Position numbers and translations under genes: made by a program. Positions 28,856 to 42,960 of a stretch of DNA of 64,000 nt are shown here, in pieces. Positions within the stretch are counted from its first letter, which is position 1; every line of letters starts with the position of its first letter. The DNA comes from Eledone cirrhosa (Eukaryota): positions 240,126,001 through 240,190,000 of the forward strand of contig OZ024740.1 in the NCBI GenBank assembly GCA_964016885.1, written 5' to 3'. The notes below the pieces were generated by a model that saw nothing but the letters and a program-made list of their open reading frames with translations, searched no databases and was not told the DNA's origin.

Positions 28856-30069
28856 ACACACACACACCCATACACACACACACATATATATATTTTACAC
28901 TTAACGGTAGGATTATATTAAAACTAATATCATAACCACAAATTTACTAAAATGTTCATTAAAGTGTAACTTAACGACACAAGTTACGCCTGTTTATTTT
29001 CTATATTTTTCTTGTTTTTTCTTTGGCTTCGTTTTCTGATAGAAGTAATATTTCCTAAAAGCATTCATTCCTCGGTTAGAAAACATTAATTAATTCATTT
29101 ACGTGAAAAGAATTACGAGTGAATATCAAATATTGATAAGATTCACATGTATCTATTTTTATAGGCATATATACATGCGTGTGTGGACATCTAGAGAGTA
29201 ACGTAAGATAAGGATTGTTATTTTAGTGTTTCGAAAGTAGATTATGAAATCTACTTTAAATGAATATAGAAAATATGTGATAAGATACTTTGATCAATAT
29301 TTATTATTCATTATTCCGATATATTGGTAAAGGAGTGTCTTTTATTCAAAATACGATTGAATAATTAATGAGTATGTTGACGTTGGCATTAAAGCTTTTT
29401 CACTTTCCCAGTTCAATTAGTATGTGGCTAATGGGAGATAACTCATACGAATTAGCACAAGGTGAAAACATCTTATTTTGATAGCAGCAAATCGATTTAA
29501 TCCATGGATTTGTGCACAAGAGAAATAGCTTTTCGCATTCTGCCACTGTCCACTCTATCTCGCAATCACTATTTCTACATTGTCTCATAGTAAACACTTA
29601 GTCTATTTAATCACCTTCGCTGCAGTCTCTCCCCTCACTCTCTCTCTCTCTCGCTCTCTCTCTCTCTCTCGCTTTCTCTCTCATTCGTTCCCCTCTCTCT
29701 TTCTCTCTCTCCCTCTCCCTTTCTCTCTTCCTTTCTTCTCTCTCTCTCTCCCTCTCTCTTTCTCCCTCTCTCTTTCTTCTTCTCCCTCTCTCTCCCTCTC
29801 CTAATGTGTCTCTCTGTATATAAATGCTGTATGTATATGGATACAAATGCACAAACACACACACACACAAACACATACACACAAACACAAACACATACAC
29901 ACAAACATACACACACAAACATACACACACACAAACACAAACACATACACACAAACACAAACACATACACACAAACATACACACACAAACACACACACAA
30001 ACACAAAGACATACACACAAACATACACACACAAACACACACACACACAAACACACACTGCAGTTATAT

Positions 30070-30230
30070 ATAATTGTTTCTAGTTTTGGTACAAGGCCAG
30101 CAATTATCTCAGTGAATTACTGGTACTTTATTTTATCGATACCCCGTAAGGGTGAAAGGCAAAGTTAACCTCAGTGGGATTTGAACTCAGAATGTAAAGG
30201 GCCATAACTCTATGCTGCAATACATGGTGT
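30070..30230 (-). mobile_element. SINE family A, 5'-truncated
   Basis: aattgtttctagttttggtacaaggccagc...ggcaaagttaacctcagtgggatttgaactcag. Confidence 0.8.
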
Positions 30231-30304
30231 ATCTAAGTGTGCCTCGCTACGTCCATGTGAAACTTGTGTCCAGTGTACATGTATGTATATATGTATAACA
30301 TGTG

Positions 30305-30637
30305 AAGCCGCATGGTTTAGTGGTTAAGGTATTCAGCTGACGATTGTAAGGTTGTGAGTTCGATTTCTAGCGGAACGTTGTGTCCTTGAGGAAGACACTT
30401 TATTTGACCTTGCTTTATTCTACTCAGCTGGCAAAACGGAGTTGTAGCTGTAATTCGAAAGGAGAGCCTTATCTCATTGTGTATTACACTGAATCATTGT
30501 GTATTACACTGAATTCTCCCTGAGAACTACATTAAGAGTACACGTGTCTGTGGAATGCTTAGCCACTTGCATGTTAATTTCACGATCAGGCTCTTCCGTT
30601 GATTATACCGCTCCTCGTCGTAAACGATGGAGTGCCA
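30305..30637 (+). mobile_element. SINE family B (tRNA-derived, CORE-like centre)
   Basis: A-box-like tggtttagtggtt and B-box-like gagttcgattt. The centre tgtgtccttgaggaagacactt is CORE-like. Confidence 0.75.
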
Positions 30638-30766
30638 TTTTTTTTTTTATGTATAACATATTTTCAAGGTCATAATTTTCATCATTGTTTATGAAATGAT
30701 TGTGAAATTGGAATTACAGATGTATTTCTGTAGGTGTTGCTTAGCCTTAGGTCAACCATGTTAGAA

Positions 30767-30942
30767 AATAACTGTTTCTACTTTAGGCACAAGGCCAGCA
30801 AATACTCAGTAGATTACTGGTACTTTATTTTATCGACCCCGTAAGGATGAAAGGCAAAGTCAACCTCGGCGGGATTTGAACTCAGATCGTAAAGGGACGT
30901 AACTATGCTGGAAAGCATGGTGTCTGACCCTCTACCGATAAT
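30767..30942 (-). mobile_element. SINE family A copy nested in an older repeat (about 30735-31100)
   Basis: Family sequence. The flanks continue an older repeat (ggaaatttggctgttattttgagcagg) that also appears degenerate near 17575-17760, 19410-19570 and 52975-53160. Confidence 0.8.
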
Positions 30943-31205
30943 AACACTCTAATCTAAGGCCTTCCACCGATGACCATCCTGTCATTCTGTTGACAATATG
31001 AAGGAATAGATTATTCAATATGCTCTTCCCTTTTTCTTAATACCATAAGCTATGATTTGAGGGAAATTTGGCTGTTATTTTGAGCAGGCTAAATGACGGC
31101 TTAGTGGTGATGGTTATGATGATGATGACGACAACAACATCAACAACAACAACAATGGTGAATTTACATAGAATAAGAAAAGCATAATTGATTTCGAGCT
31201 TTTGT

Positions 31206-31352
<147 letters not shown>

Positions 31353-31900
31353 GTGCGTGCGTGCGTGTGTGCGCGTGTGTGTGTGAATGAAGTAATTCCG
31401 TCGGAAAGGTACAGGAAAAAAGAGTGCTCTAAGTAGGTTACAGAACTTATTAGTTATGTAATAAACAACATAAGATAATTATTTCATTTACCAGTGGTTT
31501 CTTGAAAGCAAATAAATCTGCTTTCAGTCGTCAGAATGAAAATAAATAAATAAATAAATAAATAAAACGAGACTTACACGAGTGAAAGTATAAGGAAAAA
31601 AGATGAAGTCGAAAATGCAACTGAAGTCTTTTTAAGAGTATTTTTTGGGTTCATTTACCGGTTTCGCAGTTCTTGTGCTTTGCAAAAGTAGAATTGAGAT
31701 GGAGGGTTTGTGGTTTTTCTCGCATCTGGTTGGTGTTCGGATGTTACTTCTGTTTTATATGGAAAAAATTGGCTCGAAACCGCAATATTTTACTGGTATT
31801 TATTTTCTTTCATTTCTGACTGAGTTCATCCCTTTCTAAGTCGAACCACATCTGATTTCTTCCGTGAAAAAATGGTCTGGGATTTTATTTACTAAATCAG

Positions 31901-32091
31901 AAATAATTGTTTCTACTTTAGGCACAAGGCCAGCAATCACCCAGTGCATTACTGGTACTTTATTTTATCGACCCCGTAAGGATGAAAGGCAAAGTCAACC
32001 TCGGCGGGATTTGAACTCAGATCGTAAAGGGACGTAACTATGCTGGAAAGCATGGCGTCCGACCCTCTACCGATACTGCCAATCCACCGCC
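31901..32091 (-). mobile_element. SINE family A copy with 14-bp TSD
   Basis: Full family sequence; aaatcagaaataat at 31894 and 32094. Confidence 0.9.
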
Positions 32092-32326
32092 TGAAATCAG
32101 AAATAATGAAAAACAGAGCTGACTTCGCTGGGATTTGAATTCAAAGCGCAGAGAACCGAAACTAATACCACAAAGCATTCTAGCCGACACGCTAAAAACG
32201 TCGTCACCTGGTGTTAATTTTATCAATCTTAGACTTTATCAATAAAACTAAAACGTTAACGTTTTTAACTAAATACTACAATCTGTATTTTTAAAAAATA
32301 GATTGAGAAGAAAGAATGGAATGTAA

Positions 32327-32910
32327 AAGGAGGTAGATCCTTCATCTGGGACGTCACCTGATGAAGGAGGTAGATCCTTCATCTGGGACGTCACCTGATG
32401 CGACACGTTCTCCGCCTCCAGCTTAGTCGCTTCGGCCACAAATCCCGGTATCGCAGCCCGCCTCGAAGATGTACGTAAAATAAACAAATACCGGGGTTTG
32501 TCCGGCTGCTTCCTCTTCGCAACGGTCACCGTCGGGACACTCAGGTATACTTGGACTCCGTACTGCCGACGCTCCTCCGTAAGATCGGATAGTCGGCGGT
32601 CCGTCTGAGGAGGGAGCCCCGCGTGGTTGGGTGGCTATTGCAGCGGGTGTCACTGGCCATCGCACGGGGGAATGCTTTTGCTGTCCTGTCAGCAGGGCGC
32701 GGCACTCCTGCCCTCTTGCCCTAGGCCCAATCACCCTCCCTCTTCCCCCCTTCTCTCTCTTCTTCGACACCAGAGCACTTGCCATCCCCTCCCCTTTTCG
32801 TTCTTTTTCTTCTTTCTTTTTCTCTATTCTTTCTTTCGTTTTGTTTCCCCTTTTTTATTTCTACTTACAAAATTGTATTTTAAAAATAAACATCTATATA
32901 TTGTTAAATA
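32327..32910 (+). mobile_element. 3' fragment of a CRE-clade element with a 37-bp tandem duplication at its 5' junction
   Basis: GRSFIWDVT..DTFSASSLVASATNPGIAARLEDVRKINKY aligns with the endonuclease region of 35250-37410. The duplication is 32327-32363/32364-32400. Confidence 0.8.
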
Positions 32911-32929
32911 AAACAAGAAAATATTTTAA

Positions 32930-33052
32930 ACAACGGAAATGAAAGGGAAAGGCAAGGGCTCTAGTGTCACAGAAGAATGGGGAGGGGGAGAAGGGGATTG
33001 CGCTTAGGACCTAGGACGCGGCATTAATGGGCACAGGACCGCAAAAGCATTG
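32930..33052 (-). mobile_element. Diverged CRE 3' tail, tail-to-tail with 32327-32910
   Basis: The reverse complement aatgcttttgcggtcctgt...gacactagagcccttgcc resembles 32671-32800. Confidence 0.55.
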
Positions 33053-33849
33053 ATTCTGAGACGGTATAATGCTAACGATTTTCACTATCTCCATAAAGAA
33101 GAGAATAAATGGTCCAAAGAAGGAAAACTTGTGGGTTCTGAAAGTATTGAAACTTAATTAGTATAAAGATATACTTCCTGAGAATTAAATATAATATTGG
33201 ATCTATGTCAGTTTCTACGATGAGTATTCAGTTGTTCAATCAAATGAACTACCTACTTATTGAATTAATATGTTTGTATTCCTTAGACAGGTGGGCCTCA
33301 GGCAAAATCAGCGACACTTGACTAGACACTTGTAGTTCAGAGAAAATCCAATTAACGAACTTTGGAAGTTTCCGTTTATCCAATTTTACTCAGAAGGCAC
33401 GCGAAGCAATGTTAGAGTACATTTGCTCAAAATCTCATGCAGTAGAATATATTCTGGAACCTCGAGATTGTGAAGCGAACTTCTTAAAAACACTACCATG
33501 CTGAGTCTAATAAAATAATGTATCTTATTAATAAAGAACATGGATAGTTAAATTGTACGTTGGCTTCCAGGGAAAATAAAACGTTTTCAGTATTAAACAT
33601 TGTAGGAAGAAATGTCAGAAACAAGAGGATAAAATTAATCCAGTCGGGTAGGAGGACTATCAAAATTGTGAAGATGATATAATATAAATGCAAAAATAGT
33701 CTGCCAGAAATGTAATCGGTTAAAAGGCATTAAAATGAACTGGTGTGTCCCAGGGTAGCTTAGGAAAAGACACATGGGCTGAAATCCATTCTGTTTGGCA
33801 TGAAACTAGAAAAGGGGAAGAGGCGGGGAGAGACAGAGAGATGCATAGC

Positions 33850-33885
<36 letters not shown>

Positions 33886-33939
33886 GAGAGAAAGAGAGAG
33901 AATGAGAGAGGGGGAGAGAGAGAGAGAGGGAGGGAGAGA

Positions 33940-33993
<54 letters not shown>

Positions 33994-35249
33994 ACATTAA
34001 GTGCAATTTTAAGTTTTCAGTATTAGTAAAGGAAAACTGTGATTTTCGAAATGTTATGCTCACAACCTTTGCAGCCAGATAGATTTTCGCAGGAAAAAAG
34101 GAATATTAGAAACATGTGAACGTGGAGATTGTAGTTATTTTCATTGGTTCCATCTGTGACTATTTGGTTATCTCGTCATTTTGTACGCATTATCCAATAC
34201 GTATGTTCGTATTTAAAACGGTACGGTGTTGTTAAAGGGAGATTTATCTGCTATTTCTAGCCGGTTGCACACTTGTGGACAGGCATGCTTACTGTCTTGT
34301 CATGTTCATTGTTTGATAAACACTGATAAAGCAGATCTGTGGAGGTGTTCCATCCATAACAATCTTGCTTTTATTTAGTCATAGAATGTCTATCACTACA
34401 TTACCCAATGTGTTCTTCCTTTATTAGTGCGGGGTGTGAGGAAGGTTTGAATGAGAGGCCACGTAAAACAGAAATGGGGAACATTTTTAGTACCAGGGGC
34501 AAATTGCAAGGTTATAAACAGATGTAGGGCGCATCTATCTTGAGGAAAATAGGGAATCTATAATTTCTTAACTTCATATGTATGTAACTTATATTAAACA
34601 GTTTTCTTTTATTTCATATATGAGGCCTGCAGAGACTTCACTGGCAGTTTTAATGTAGAATGTGGGTTAAATTTGGAGCACTGATAAAGATTACTCCAGA
34701 AGCAGCAGTGTGAGGAGGGGGGAGCAGGGGAAGAGGAGGGCAGTGGGAGGAGGGGGAGAGGGGGAGGGGGAACAGGAGGAGGAGGAGGACAAAAATAAAC
34801 ACAGAGGTATCGCAAAACATTATAGGTGTAATGGGAATTAAGCAGACAGTTTGAACTTTAGAAAGGAATAACAGAAATGGTAAGAAATTATTGGTAGTTT
34901 GACAAATTATAGTCCCCTATTGATTAATACTAAACAAAATAAACATTTCCTACATTGGCACAAGCCCAAAACTTTGAAGGAAAGCGATAAATTGTCGGAT
35001 GAAATCGATTGCAATTCGTAAATTATAACTTTCCATATTGGAACGATGAAAGTCAACACCTCGCTGCTTTTGAATGGAGAATAAACATGCAAGGTGTAAA
35101 TATAAAACTTCCCTGCAAATACATCCATAAATCTGAGTTGACGTTATCAGTTGTATTTTCAGGCTGTTTGTAAAATGTCTTACTGAAGTGAAACTAACAG
35201 AACTAGAGTATTGAAGTATTTAAGACTATTCAACAGAATTCGTAATATA

Positions 35250-37410
35250 ATCGGCTTGTCTCCCCCCACAGCCCCGGCGGACAGAATAGAGAAGGCGTTT
35301 CCCCGGAGGATGGCAAGAGAGATGCGCTGGAAGAGCCACTCCAACTCAAGGGGCTCACACCTGCGGCTAGCCAGCTCAGCGCCTATGGTGGTGAGTGGGG
35401 AGGTAGCCCTAGGGCCGAGGACACCAGAAGTCTCTACTTCCAAGTGTACAACCGCAAATCTGTTGGAGAGCGACCTGTATTTGAAGAGTTTGGATTTCTC
35501 AGCCCGACGTGCAGAAGAACCTGGGTTAGTTGCAGACTGCACCAGGTTGCGGCTGCAGAAAGTGTCGATGCAAGTGGCATCCTAGACGAGGGGTTTGCCA
35601 CTGCGGAACGGGAAGATGGTCATGCAATCTGGCCTTTTGCCGTCCCCCCCCCCCCCCCCCGGTCAAGCCCCACCGGCTGAGGCTGGGAAGGGAAGCCTGC
35701 AGCGTTCAAGCCGTGCTTTATGACCTCGTTGAGGGCAGCATGGTGTGGAAGGCGGCCGGCACTGTGGCGACAGGAAAGCGGGAGGAGGCCGAAAGATTCC
35801 ACGCTGGATCCACAGCCACACTGTTGTGGCTCGCAGATCCGGAGGCCGAGCCTCAAGGAAACGCCGATGCGCAGGCTATTGTTATCTAGCTGCGTGCCAG
35901 TGGAGAAGGAGGGCAGGGCGTGGAGCCAGGCCCCACTGTGGGGTTTGGAGGCTACACGAAAACAGGCAAGGTGGTGCTGGTCGAGCTGGCGCGCGAGCCT
36001 GTCTGAATCCAGGCTGCACTGGTTGGCATCTCAAGTGCTTTGGGGGGACTTGACGTCAGCGAGGGTAGAAGAAGGAGGGACGTCTACTGGGCCAAGTCCC
36101 AGCCGGTCCCACGTCTCACTGGCGGCCTCACGTTCCCTGATCACAGAGGGTTCTATTGTGTTTTGGAGAACCCTGCCGACGAGGACGCGGCATGAGGTTT
36201 ACCGACGAAAGAAACGCCGGCAAAGCCAATGAGATCGGGGACGGGAGGCCAAGGCCGCCATACCTGACAGGTAAAGTGACCTGTTACCATGCAATGTCGT
36301 CAAACCTGACGTTGCATATCTCCTCGGCTGCTGCTCGGATACAAGTATCGAGGTCAGCGAGGAGAGATGCGTGGGTGTAGCAGGGAGCGCTGCGAAGAGT
36401 ATGGAGGAGCTTCGGCATGGCGAAGCAGTTCCTCAACAGAAAGAGAGCTGGGTGGTCGTCGATCAAGCCCAGTCGGCTCGTGAGGGTCTGGAGTTGTTGA
36501 AGCCTGGACCTGATGATGGAGCGGATGGCCGGCGGGTGGATCGGTGACCCGAGGATGAGGGTATCCTCTTTGGGGGGTTACCTGTACCTGGTGGAGAATG
36601 GACCACACGTCCGAGACGGAGGCTGCAAAGCTCTCAGCATCGTGGCTGACATTCACCACCTCCGACAGGGCCGAGTTGACCTAGAGGCAGATTGTAGGTC
36701 ATGGCAGAGAGTCTGTATGGGCCCGCCCAGCGTAGCATCATCCAGATACCAAACCTTGAGAGGGGCCGTGATACTCCGGGCGATGTGGTCAATACTAAGG
36801 GCAAACAGAAGGGGGCCCAAAGGCTCGCCCTGTTGGACCCCAGTGACCGAAGGTATGTCCGTATCAGCATCAAGGAGCATGCTCGGGGCTCCATACGGCA
36901 GGTAGGCCATCGGGTAGGCAGAGGGGGCTCGGCTGAGGCAGGGATCGAGCAGATGGTCCCGGCGTAAGCAGTTAAAGTCATTCCTCATGTCAAGCTTGAC
37001 AATAAGGTGCCTAGAGTTCCTGGATGCCGGTTCTGGTGGTCAGCTGTTGAAGAACTGCCTGGTTGCATGTGCGGGCCCCTCACAGCCAACGGACACGCCG
37101 ATACCCAGTTGCACCGGACTGAACTCCTCACCCAGTTCAGGTGTTATGGACCTGCAGACCACCTTGGCAGCCAGCCGCCGGAAGACATTGCCCACAGCGA
37201 TGGGGCGTAGGCCACCCTCTTTCTACCTGAGAGCAATGAGGCTAGTCGAAAAAAAGCGGCCTATTGGTGGGTGCCACAATTATACTCAGAAGGCGGCACC
37301 CGGCCTCAGTGGAGAGGGGGTATAGCAGCTCCTTGAGGTGGCCTGGTCGGAGACCATAAGCACCTCCGCTGCTGCTAGCTGGGAAGGACTTGATGGGTGA
37401 CTGAATATTT
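35250..37410 (-). mobile_element. Degenerate CRE-clade non-LTR retrotransposon (RT plus restriction-like endonuclease)
   Basis: GC-rich block. Motifs LRPIAVGNVFRRLAAK, KLDMRNDFN, GVQQGEPLGPLLFAL, WYLDD, RLGLRICEPQQCGCG...LSC...HHAALN and FQRISLAILRGNA. Frameshifted. Confidence 0.88.
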
Positions 37411-37490
37411 TGTCCGGTACACAGCATTCCGAAACTCATATGACACTTGACAGTATTCCTGTTTTGCTTGATTCAACATATTATCAAACT

Positions 37491-37576
<86 letters not shown>

Positions 37577-37587
37577 ACTATCTATCA

Positions 37588-40170
37588 CGTGCTCTAAGAA
37601 ACGAGGGAGCCAAAGCTGTTAGCTGGGCCCGAGTGGTGGCAGAGGCGAAAAGTGGCAACAAATCCACAATTTGGTCTTTGCAAGACAAAGATGACGCATT
37701 ATACTTGAATCCAAGCAGATGTGCACGGCCTTCCAGCTGCATTTTGCACAACTGTTCGGGCAAAGCGGTACATCGAGCGAGGTGATGGACTTCAGCTCCT
37801 ACCTCGACGGCGTACCACGACTCTCGAGTACGGATGCGGAGAGCTGCGAAAGGCCGATCACAGCTGGCGAAATAGAAGATGCCCTAGGCCGCTGCGAGAA
37901 ACGCAAATCACCCGGTTTAGATGGTCTACCCTATGAGTTTTACATAGGTATGCCAGACTTGTTCTCTGGCATCCTCGAAGCGGTCTACTGCAACTGGCAG
38001 CAGAACGGGAGGATTCCCAGTTCTGTAGGCAGAGGCGTAGTAACGCTGATCAGGAAAGATGAGAACAAGGGGGATGAGATAAGCAATTTCAGGCCCATAA
38101 CTCTGCTCAAAACAGAGTTAAAGATTTTGGCCAAGGTGTTAGCAGCGAGGCTGGCGCTTGTCGTCGAGTACCTGGTAGGGGAAGCGCAAACGTGTGCAAT
38201 CCCGACCAGGTCCATACACGACAACCTCCACCTCATGCGATACATCATAGAGAGGGTAGGGTGTAAACCTGGCTTCGGTGGGGCTCTGATCAATTTAGAT
38301 CAGTCTAAGGCATTTGATAGGGTCGACCATCAATACTTGGAAGAAGTTCTCAAGGCGGCCGGCTTCGGTCCGGTTTTCAGAGGCTGGATCGCTGCCAAGC
38401 ACACCAGCATCTGCTCGGCAGTCAAGGTGAATGGCTACCTATCAGAGTCATTCCAAATCATGCGTTCCATCCGTTAGGGATGCCCTCTCTCCTCCATTCT
38501 GTATGTACTGACTCTCAAGCCGTTACTGCGGAAGTTGGAGCTGTTGCAGGGCATCCCGATCGAACCAGGACTGCGGAAAGCAGCGTCGGCCTATGCCGAC
38601 GACATAACCGTAATGGTGTCGAAAACCTCGGAAATCGGGGTAATCAGCAACCTATTACAGGAATACGAAACGTTGACAGGAGCGAGACTAAACCCAAACA
38701 AGTCTGTCGGTTTGCAGCTTGGCACATGGAGAGGTAAACCCATGCCTTCCGACAGTGTCGTTGGACGCTGGACGGAAGGACCGATGAAATTGCTGGGGGT
38801 CTGGTTTGGTCCAGACCTCCAGGTGGACAAGAACTGGAACGAGGTCACGGAGAAGATGTTTGTACTCATCCAGAAGAGGGCTGAGTGCAAACTCTCCTTG
38901 AAAGGTCGAGCGGAGGTGGCGAACACTTACATAGCGTCCGTCATCTACTACTGCTTTACAGTCGTGCCTTGCCCCCGCGAATACCTTACCAAAATGGAAC
39001 GCCTACTCTTCAAGTTCCTCTGGAAGAAACGCTCCATTGGTGAGGAGATCCATCTGCTGTCAACACCCTTCTAACGGAGGGCTGGGCATGCCGTGGCTGA
39101 TGATGCGCAACCGCTGAACCGGTGTGACTGTCGTTTGTGAGACAAGCTCTTCCACAACTCGTCTCAGTCCTGGGTCAAGGGAAGACTGAAAATGGGTGCC
39201 TGGCACCTCGAGTGCCTACAGGCGTTCACCACCCTCTACTAAGCGGTAACGACAATCAGCGGAGACTCCAATTCGACATTCTATAGGGGATTAGTGGAGG
39301 ATAAGTGCGACGACGTCCTCGAGGGCGCTCTAGACATCGAGGAGGACGAACTGACCAGTCTGTTCGGGAGGACTTTCCGTCCAGGGCCTATGGATAACTT
39401 CCAGAGGTCTCTTGCCTGGTAGTGCTACCGAGGAGCTCTACCAGTTCGAGACAAAATCTACAGGCACGGACGCCCTGGCAGAGATCCTGCCAAAAGGACC
39501 TTTCCAAGATGCGGGCAACACATCGAAACCGTTCTGCACGTAATTGTTCAGTTCCCAGGGGTGACCGACCTGTGGAAATAATGTCGAACAGCTACTGTCA
39601 CGTGTGGGACGCATCCAGTTGTCAGCCGAGTCCATCGTGAGGATCACCCCGCCACCTTCATTTAAGAACGAAGGGGAGGCGGTTTTCCTCTGTCTGGTGG
39701 CTATGGCGAAAGAGGTAATATGGTGGACGAGGTTAAAAGGACTGAGGGATAACACCTTTCTCTCCGGACAACAACTTATCCCCTTCTTTAAGTATCACTT
39801 CAGAAGGAAGGTGAGAGTGGAGAGGGAGGTGCTACGCCCCAGTAAATTCGCTGAAAGGTGGGTGAATATGGCGAAAATGGCCCGAGTGAATGGGCCTTCT
39901 CTGTATATAAACCTGTAGGTTGAGAAAGTTAAACAGAGGGAAGACGGGAATACCTACAAAATGTGTTCCTAGTGTTGAGGGTTGTTCTATCCACGGGGTG
40001 TAAAACAACCCTGCAGTAACGTTCCTCCCTATTGGGGATTTCAATTGTTATTTTATTATATATAGTTTATTGTTATTTATTAATGTTAAAGTTATTTTTA
40101 TGTAAAACCCCCGCCGTCACGTCTTGTAATGTCCCATTTTTGTACGCCCCTGTGGCAAATAAAGAAAGAT
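37588..40170 (+). mobile_element. 5'-truncated Tx1/L1-clade LINE ORF2 (RT), degenerate
   Basis: KSPGLDGLPYEFY, NFRPITLLKTELKILAKVLA, DQSKAFDRVDH, IR*GCPLS, AYADDI, LLGVWF, LSLKGRAEVAN. AATAAA at 40158; (TC)n/(TATC)n flank. Confidence 0.92.
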
Positions 40171-40272
40171 ATTTATCTCTCTATCTTTCCTACTATATCA
40201 AGCGTTTATGTAATATATTTCTTCGTTGTACTATGTTGTTTCCGTTTACTTTTCCATACACATACACACACC

Positions 40273-40346
<74 letters not shown>

Positions 40347-40350
<4 letters not shown>

Positions 40351-41918
40351 AATAAATTAGCGAGAATCGTTTTCAGCTCAGGAATTAACGAAAATCAACG
40401 TCCGATATGTGTGGCAAGCGCTCGATGAATCATATGAATCAGAGCTACAACATACGTTAAGGGCCAAACACACTGAGATGATGGTTAAACATATCATCCG
40501 CACAGCCAAAATCAAAACGACCAAGTAATTCGGGTCAAACAATAAAAATATATGTGTTGATACTTTCCCGGACCCTGGACTGATGGTAAAATCCAGTATT
40601 GGTTTCTGCGACTCCAAATCAGGTACTGTCCGCCTACATAAAGAATGTTGGGCTTCTGGTGAGATGATGAACAAGGCAGTCGTGTTTTCAACGGGTTTTG
40701 CTCCAATATGCTATAGATAGTGTAGCTATTACTGATCCCTCGTGGGATTCAGCAAGGGAGGTAACACCTCTATTAAGCGAATGATTCAGTTGTGTATTAT
40801 TGCGAGAATGCAAAATATCACAAATCGAATTAAAGCTCTCGACAGAATGGTTAAATATAACAGAGCCATTCAACAGTCAATATAAGTAACTGAAAAAATC
40901 AATAAAATTAACTGCTCAATAGCTAGACTCTGGAGATTAATACAAATAAATTAGCGAGAATCGTTTTCAGCTCAGGAATTAACGAAAATCAACGTCCGAT
41001 ATGTGTGGCAAGCGCTCGATGAATCATATGAATCAGAGCTACAATATATACAAATAAAATAAATTATCGAGAATCGGAATTTCGGCCCACGAAATAACGA
41101 AACACAATCTTAGCAATGTGTGGCAAAGGGCTCAATAGTTTGGATAAACCAGAGCTATAACTATCGTTTAAGTACCAACACACAGAGGCAATGCTTAAAA
41201 TCACTCGCACAGCCGAAAAACGACCAAGAAAATTCGGGTCAGACAAATAATAAAATAAATGAATGAAAAAGCTTTACCCGGACCCGCTAGAATGATGGTA
41301 AATTCCACCTTTTGGGTTTCTGCGGCTCCTAAATCAGTTACCGTCAGCTTACATAAAAAATATATTCGGCTTTTGGTAGAATGATGAACGAGCAAAACCA
41401 CTTTCTCAACAGGCATTTCGTTCAAATATACAGAAGCACCCGATACTAAATCCACGTGGGGTTTAGCAAGGGAGGGAACCCCTATATTAGGCGAATGAAT
41501 TCGGCAGTGTATATATTTGTAAAAATACAAAATATCACATATCGAATTAGAGTTCTCAACAGACGGGTTAAAATTAACATGAGCTATTCATCAGTCAATA
41601 AGATCAACTAAAAAATCAATAAAATTAACTGGTCAATAGCTAAAGACTGGAGATAAATACAAATAAATTATCGAGAATCGGAATTTCAGCCCACGAAATA
41701 ACGAAACACAATCTTAGAAATGTGTGGCAAAGGGCTCAATAGTTTGGATAAACCAGAGCTATAACTATCGTTTAAGTACCAACACACAGAGACAATGCTT
41801 AAAATCACTCGCACAGTCGAAAAACGACCAAGAAAATTCGGGTCAGACAAATAATAAAATAAATGAATGAAAAATCTTTACCCGGACTCGCTAGAATGAT
41901 GGTAAATTCCAGCTTTTT
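40347..41918. repeat. Two related ~600-bp repeat units, each followed by a partial tandem copy (A 594 bp + A'; B 604 bp + B')
   Basis: A starts at 40347 and repeats at 40941-41044. B starts at 41057 and repeats at 41661-41918. A and B are colinear but diverged, e.g. both end with aaaaatcaataaaattaactg..caatagcta..ctggagat. Confidence 0.9.
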
Positions 41919-41920
41919 GG

Positions 41921-41952
<32 letters not shown>

Positions 41953-41955
41953 AAT

Positions 41956-42011
41956 AATGTAAGTATGTATGTATACGTACATACATATATGTATACAGAC
42001 GTACAGTAGCA

Positions 42012-42065
<54 letters not shown>

Positions 42066-42140
42066 TACACATATGCATACAGGTACACATACATATATGC
42101 ACGCAACAGTTTAGCCGACGTTTATTATAACGCCTGCTTT
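41956..42140 (-). repeat. Inverted partial copy of the ~0.5-kb array unit
   Basis: Reverse complement of aaagcaggcgttataataaacgtcggctaaac...catacttacatt. Confidence 0.9.
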
Positions 42141-42313
42141 AAAAAAAAAAAATTAAAAAAAAAAAAAAGGTGACGTGGTTGCCTTAACACCGTATGGCAT
42201 AAATTCGGGCTGTTCGATTTGTTGACAAACAAACGAACAAAGCAGGCGTTATAATAGACGTCGGCTAAACTGATGCGTGCATATATGTATGTGTACCTGT
42301 ATGCATATGTGTA

Positions 42314-42407
<94 letters not shown>

Positions 42408-42641
42408 TGCTACTGTACGTCTGTATACATATATGTATGTACGTATACATACATACTTACATTTAAGTAAGTGCCATACTAAGAGTGAGAAATGAAATTT
42501 CGTTTTCATTTTTTTCAACTTATCGTTTTCGGTATGCCTGACCGATTTAACTCACTCAATATGCAAATTAGGCTGCTCAGCCGTTAATTTTCATAAGGAA
42601 AGTATATACTTTCGAACGTTCAACTATCTGGCAGATGGGTA

Positions 42642-42686
42642 AACGGTGCTGATGATAGCTAACAAGCTTGAAACTAGTACATCGTT
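42642..42686 (+). ncRNA. Minimal type I hammerhead ribozyme, array copy 1
   Basis: AACGGTG-CTGATGA-tAGCTaacaAGCTt-GAAA-CTAG-TA-CATCGTT. Stem I is 7 bp (one G-U), stem II 4 bp, stem III the palindrome ACTAGT, with a GUA triplet. Confidence 0.8.
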
Positions 42687-42854
42687 CCTGTGTCAGTGTT
42701 GAACAAAAAGGTGACGTGGTTGCCTTAACACCGTATGGCATAAATTCGGGCTGTTCGATTTGTTGACAAACAAACGAACAAAGCAGGCGTTATAATAAAC
42801 GTCGGCTAAACTGATGCGTGCATATATGTATGTGTACCTGTATGCATATGTGTA

Positions 42855-42960
<106 letters not shown>

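Noticed and set aside
30305-30375. tRNA gene
   Set aside because: Only A- and B-box-like motifs are present with no complete cloverleaf; it is the head of a SINE.
32355-32390. CTGATGA followed by a hairpin
   Set aside because: No GAAA or stem III follows; it arises from the 37-bp tandem duplication junction.
41560-41600. Minus-strand CTGATGA in repeat unit B
   Set aside because: No GAAA or stem I partner, and unit A has CTGTTGA at this position.
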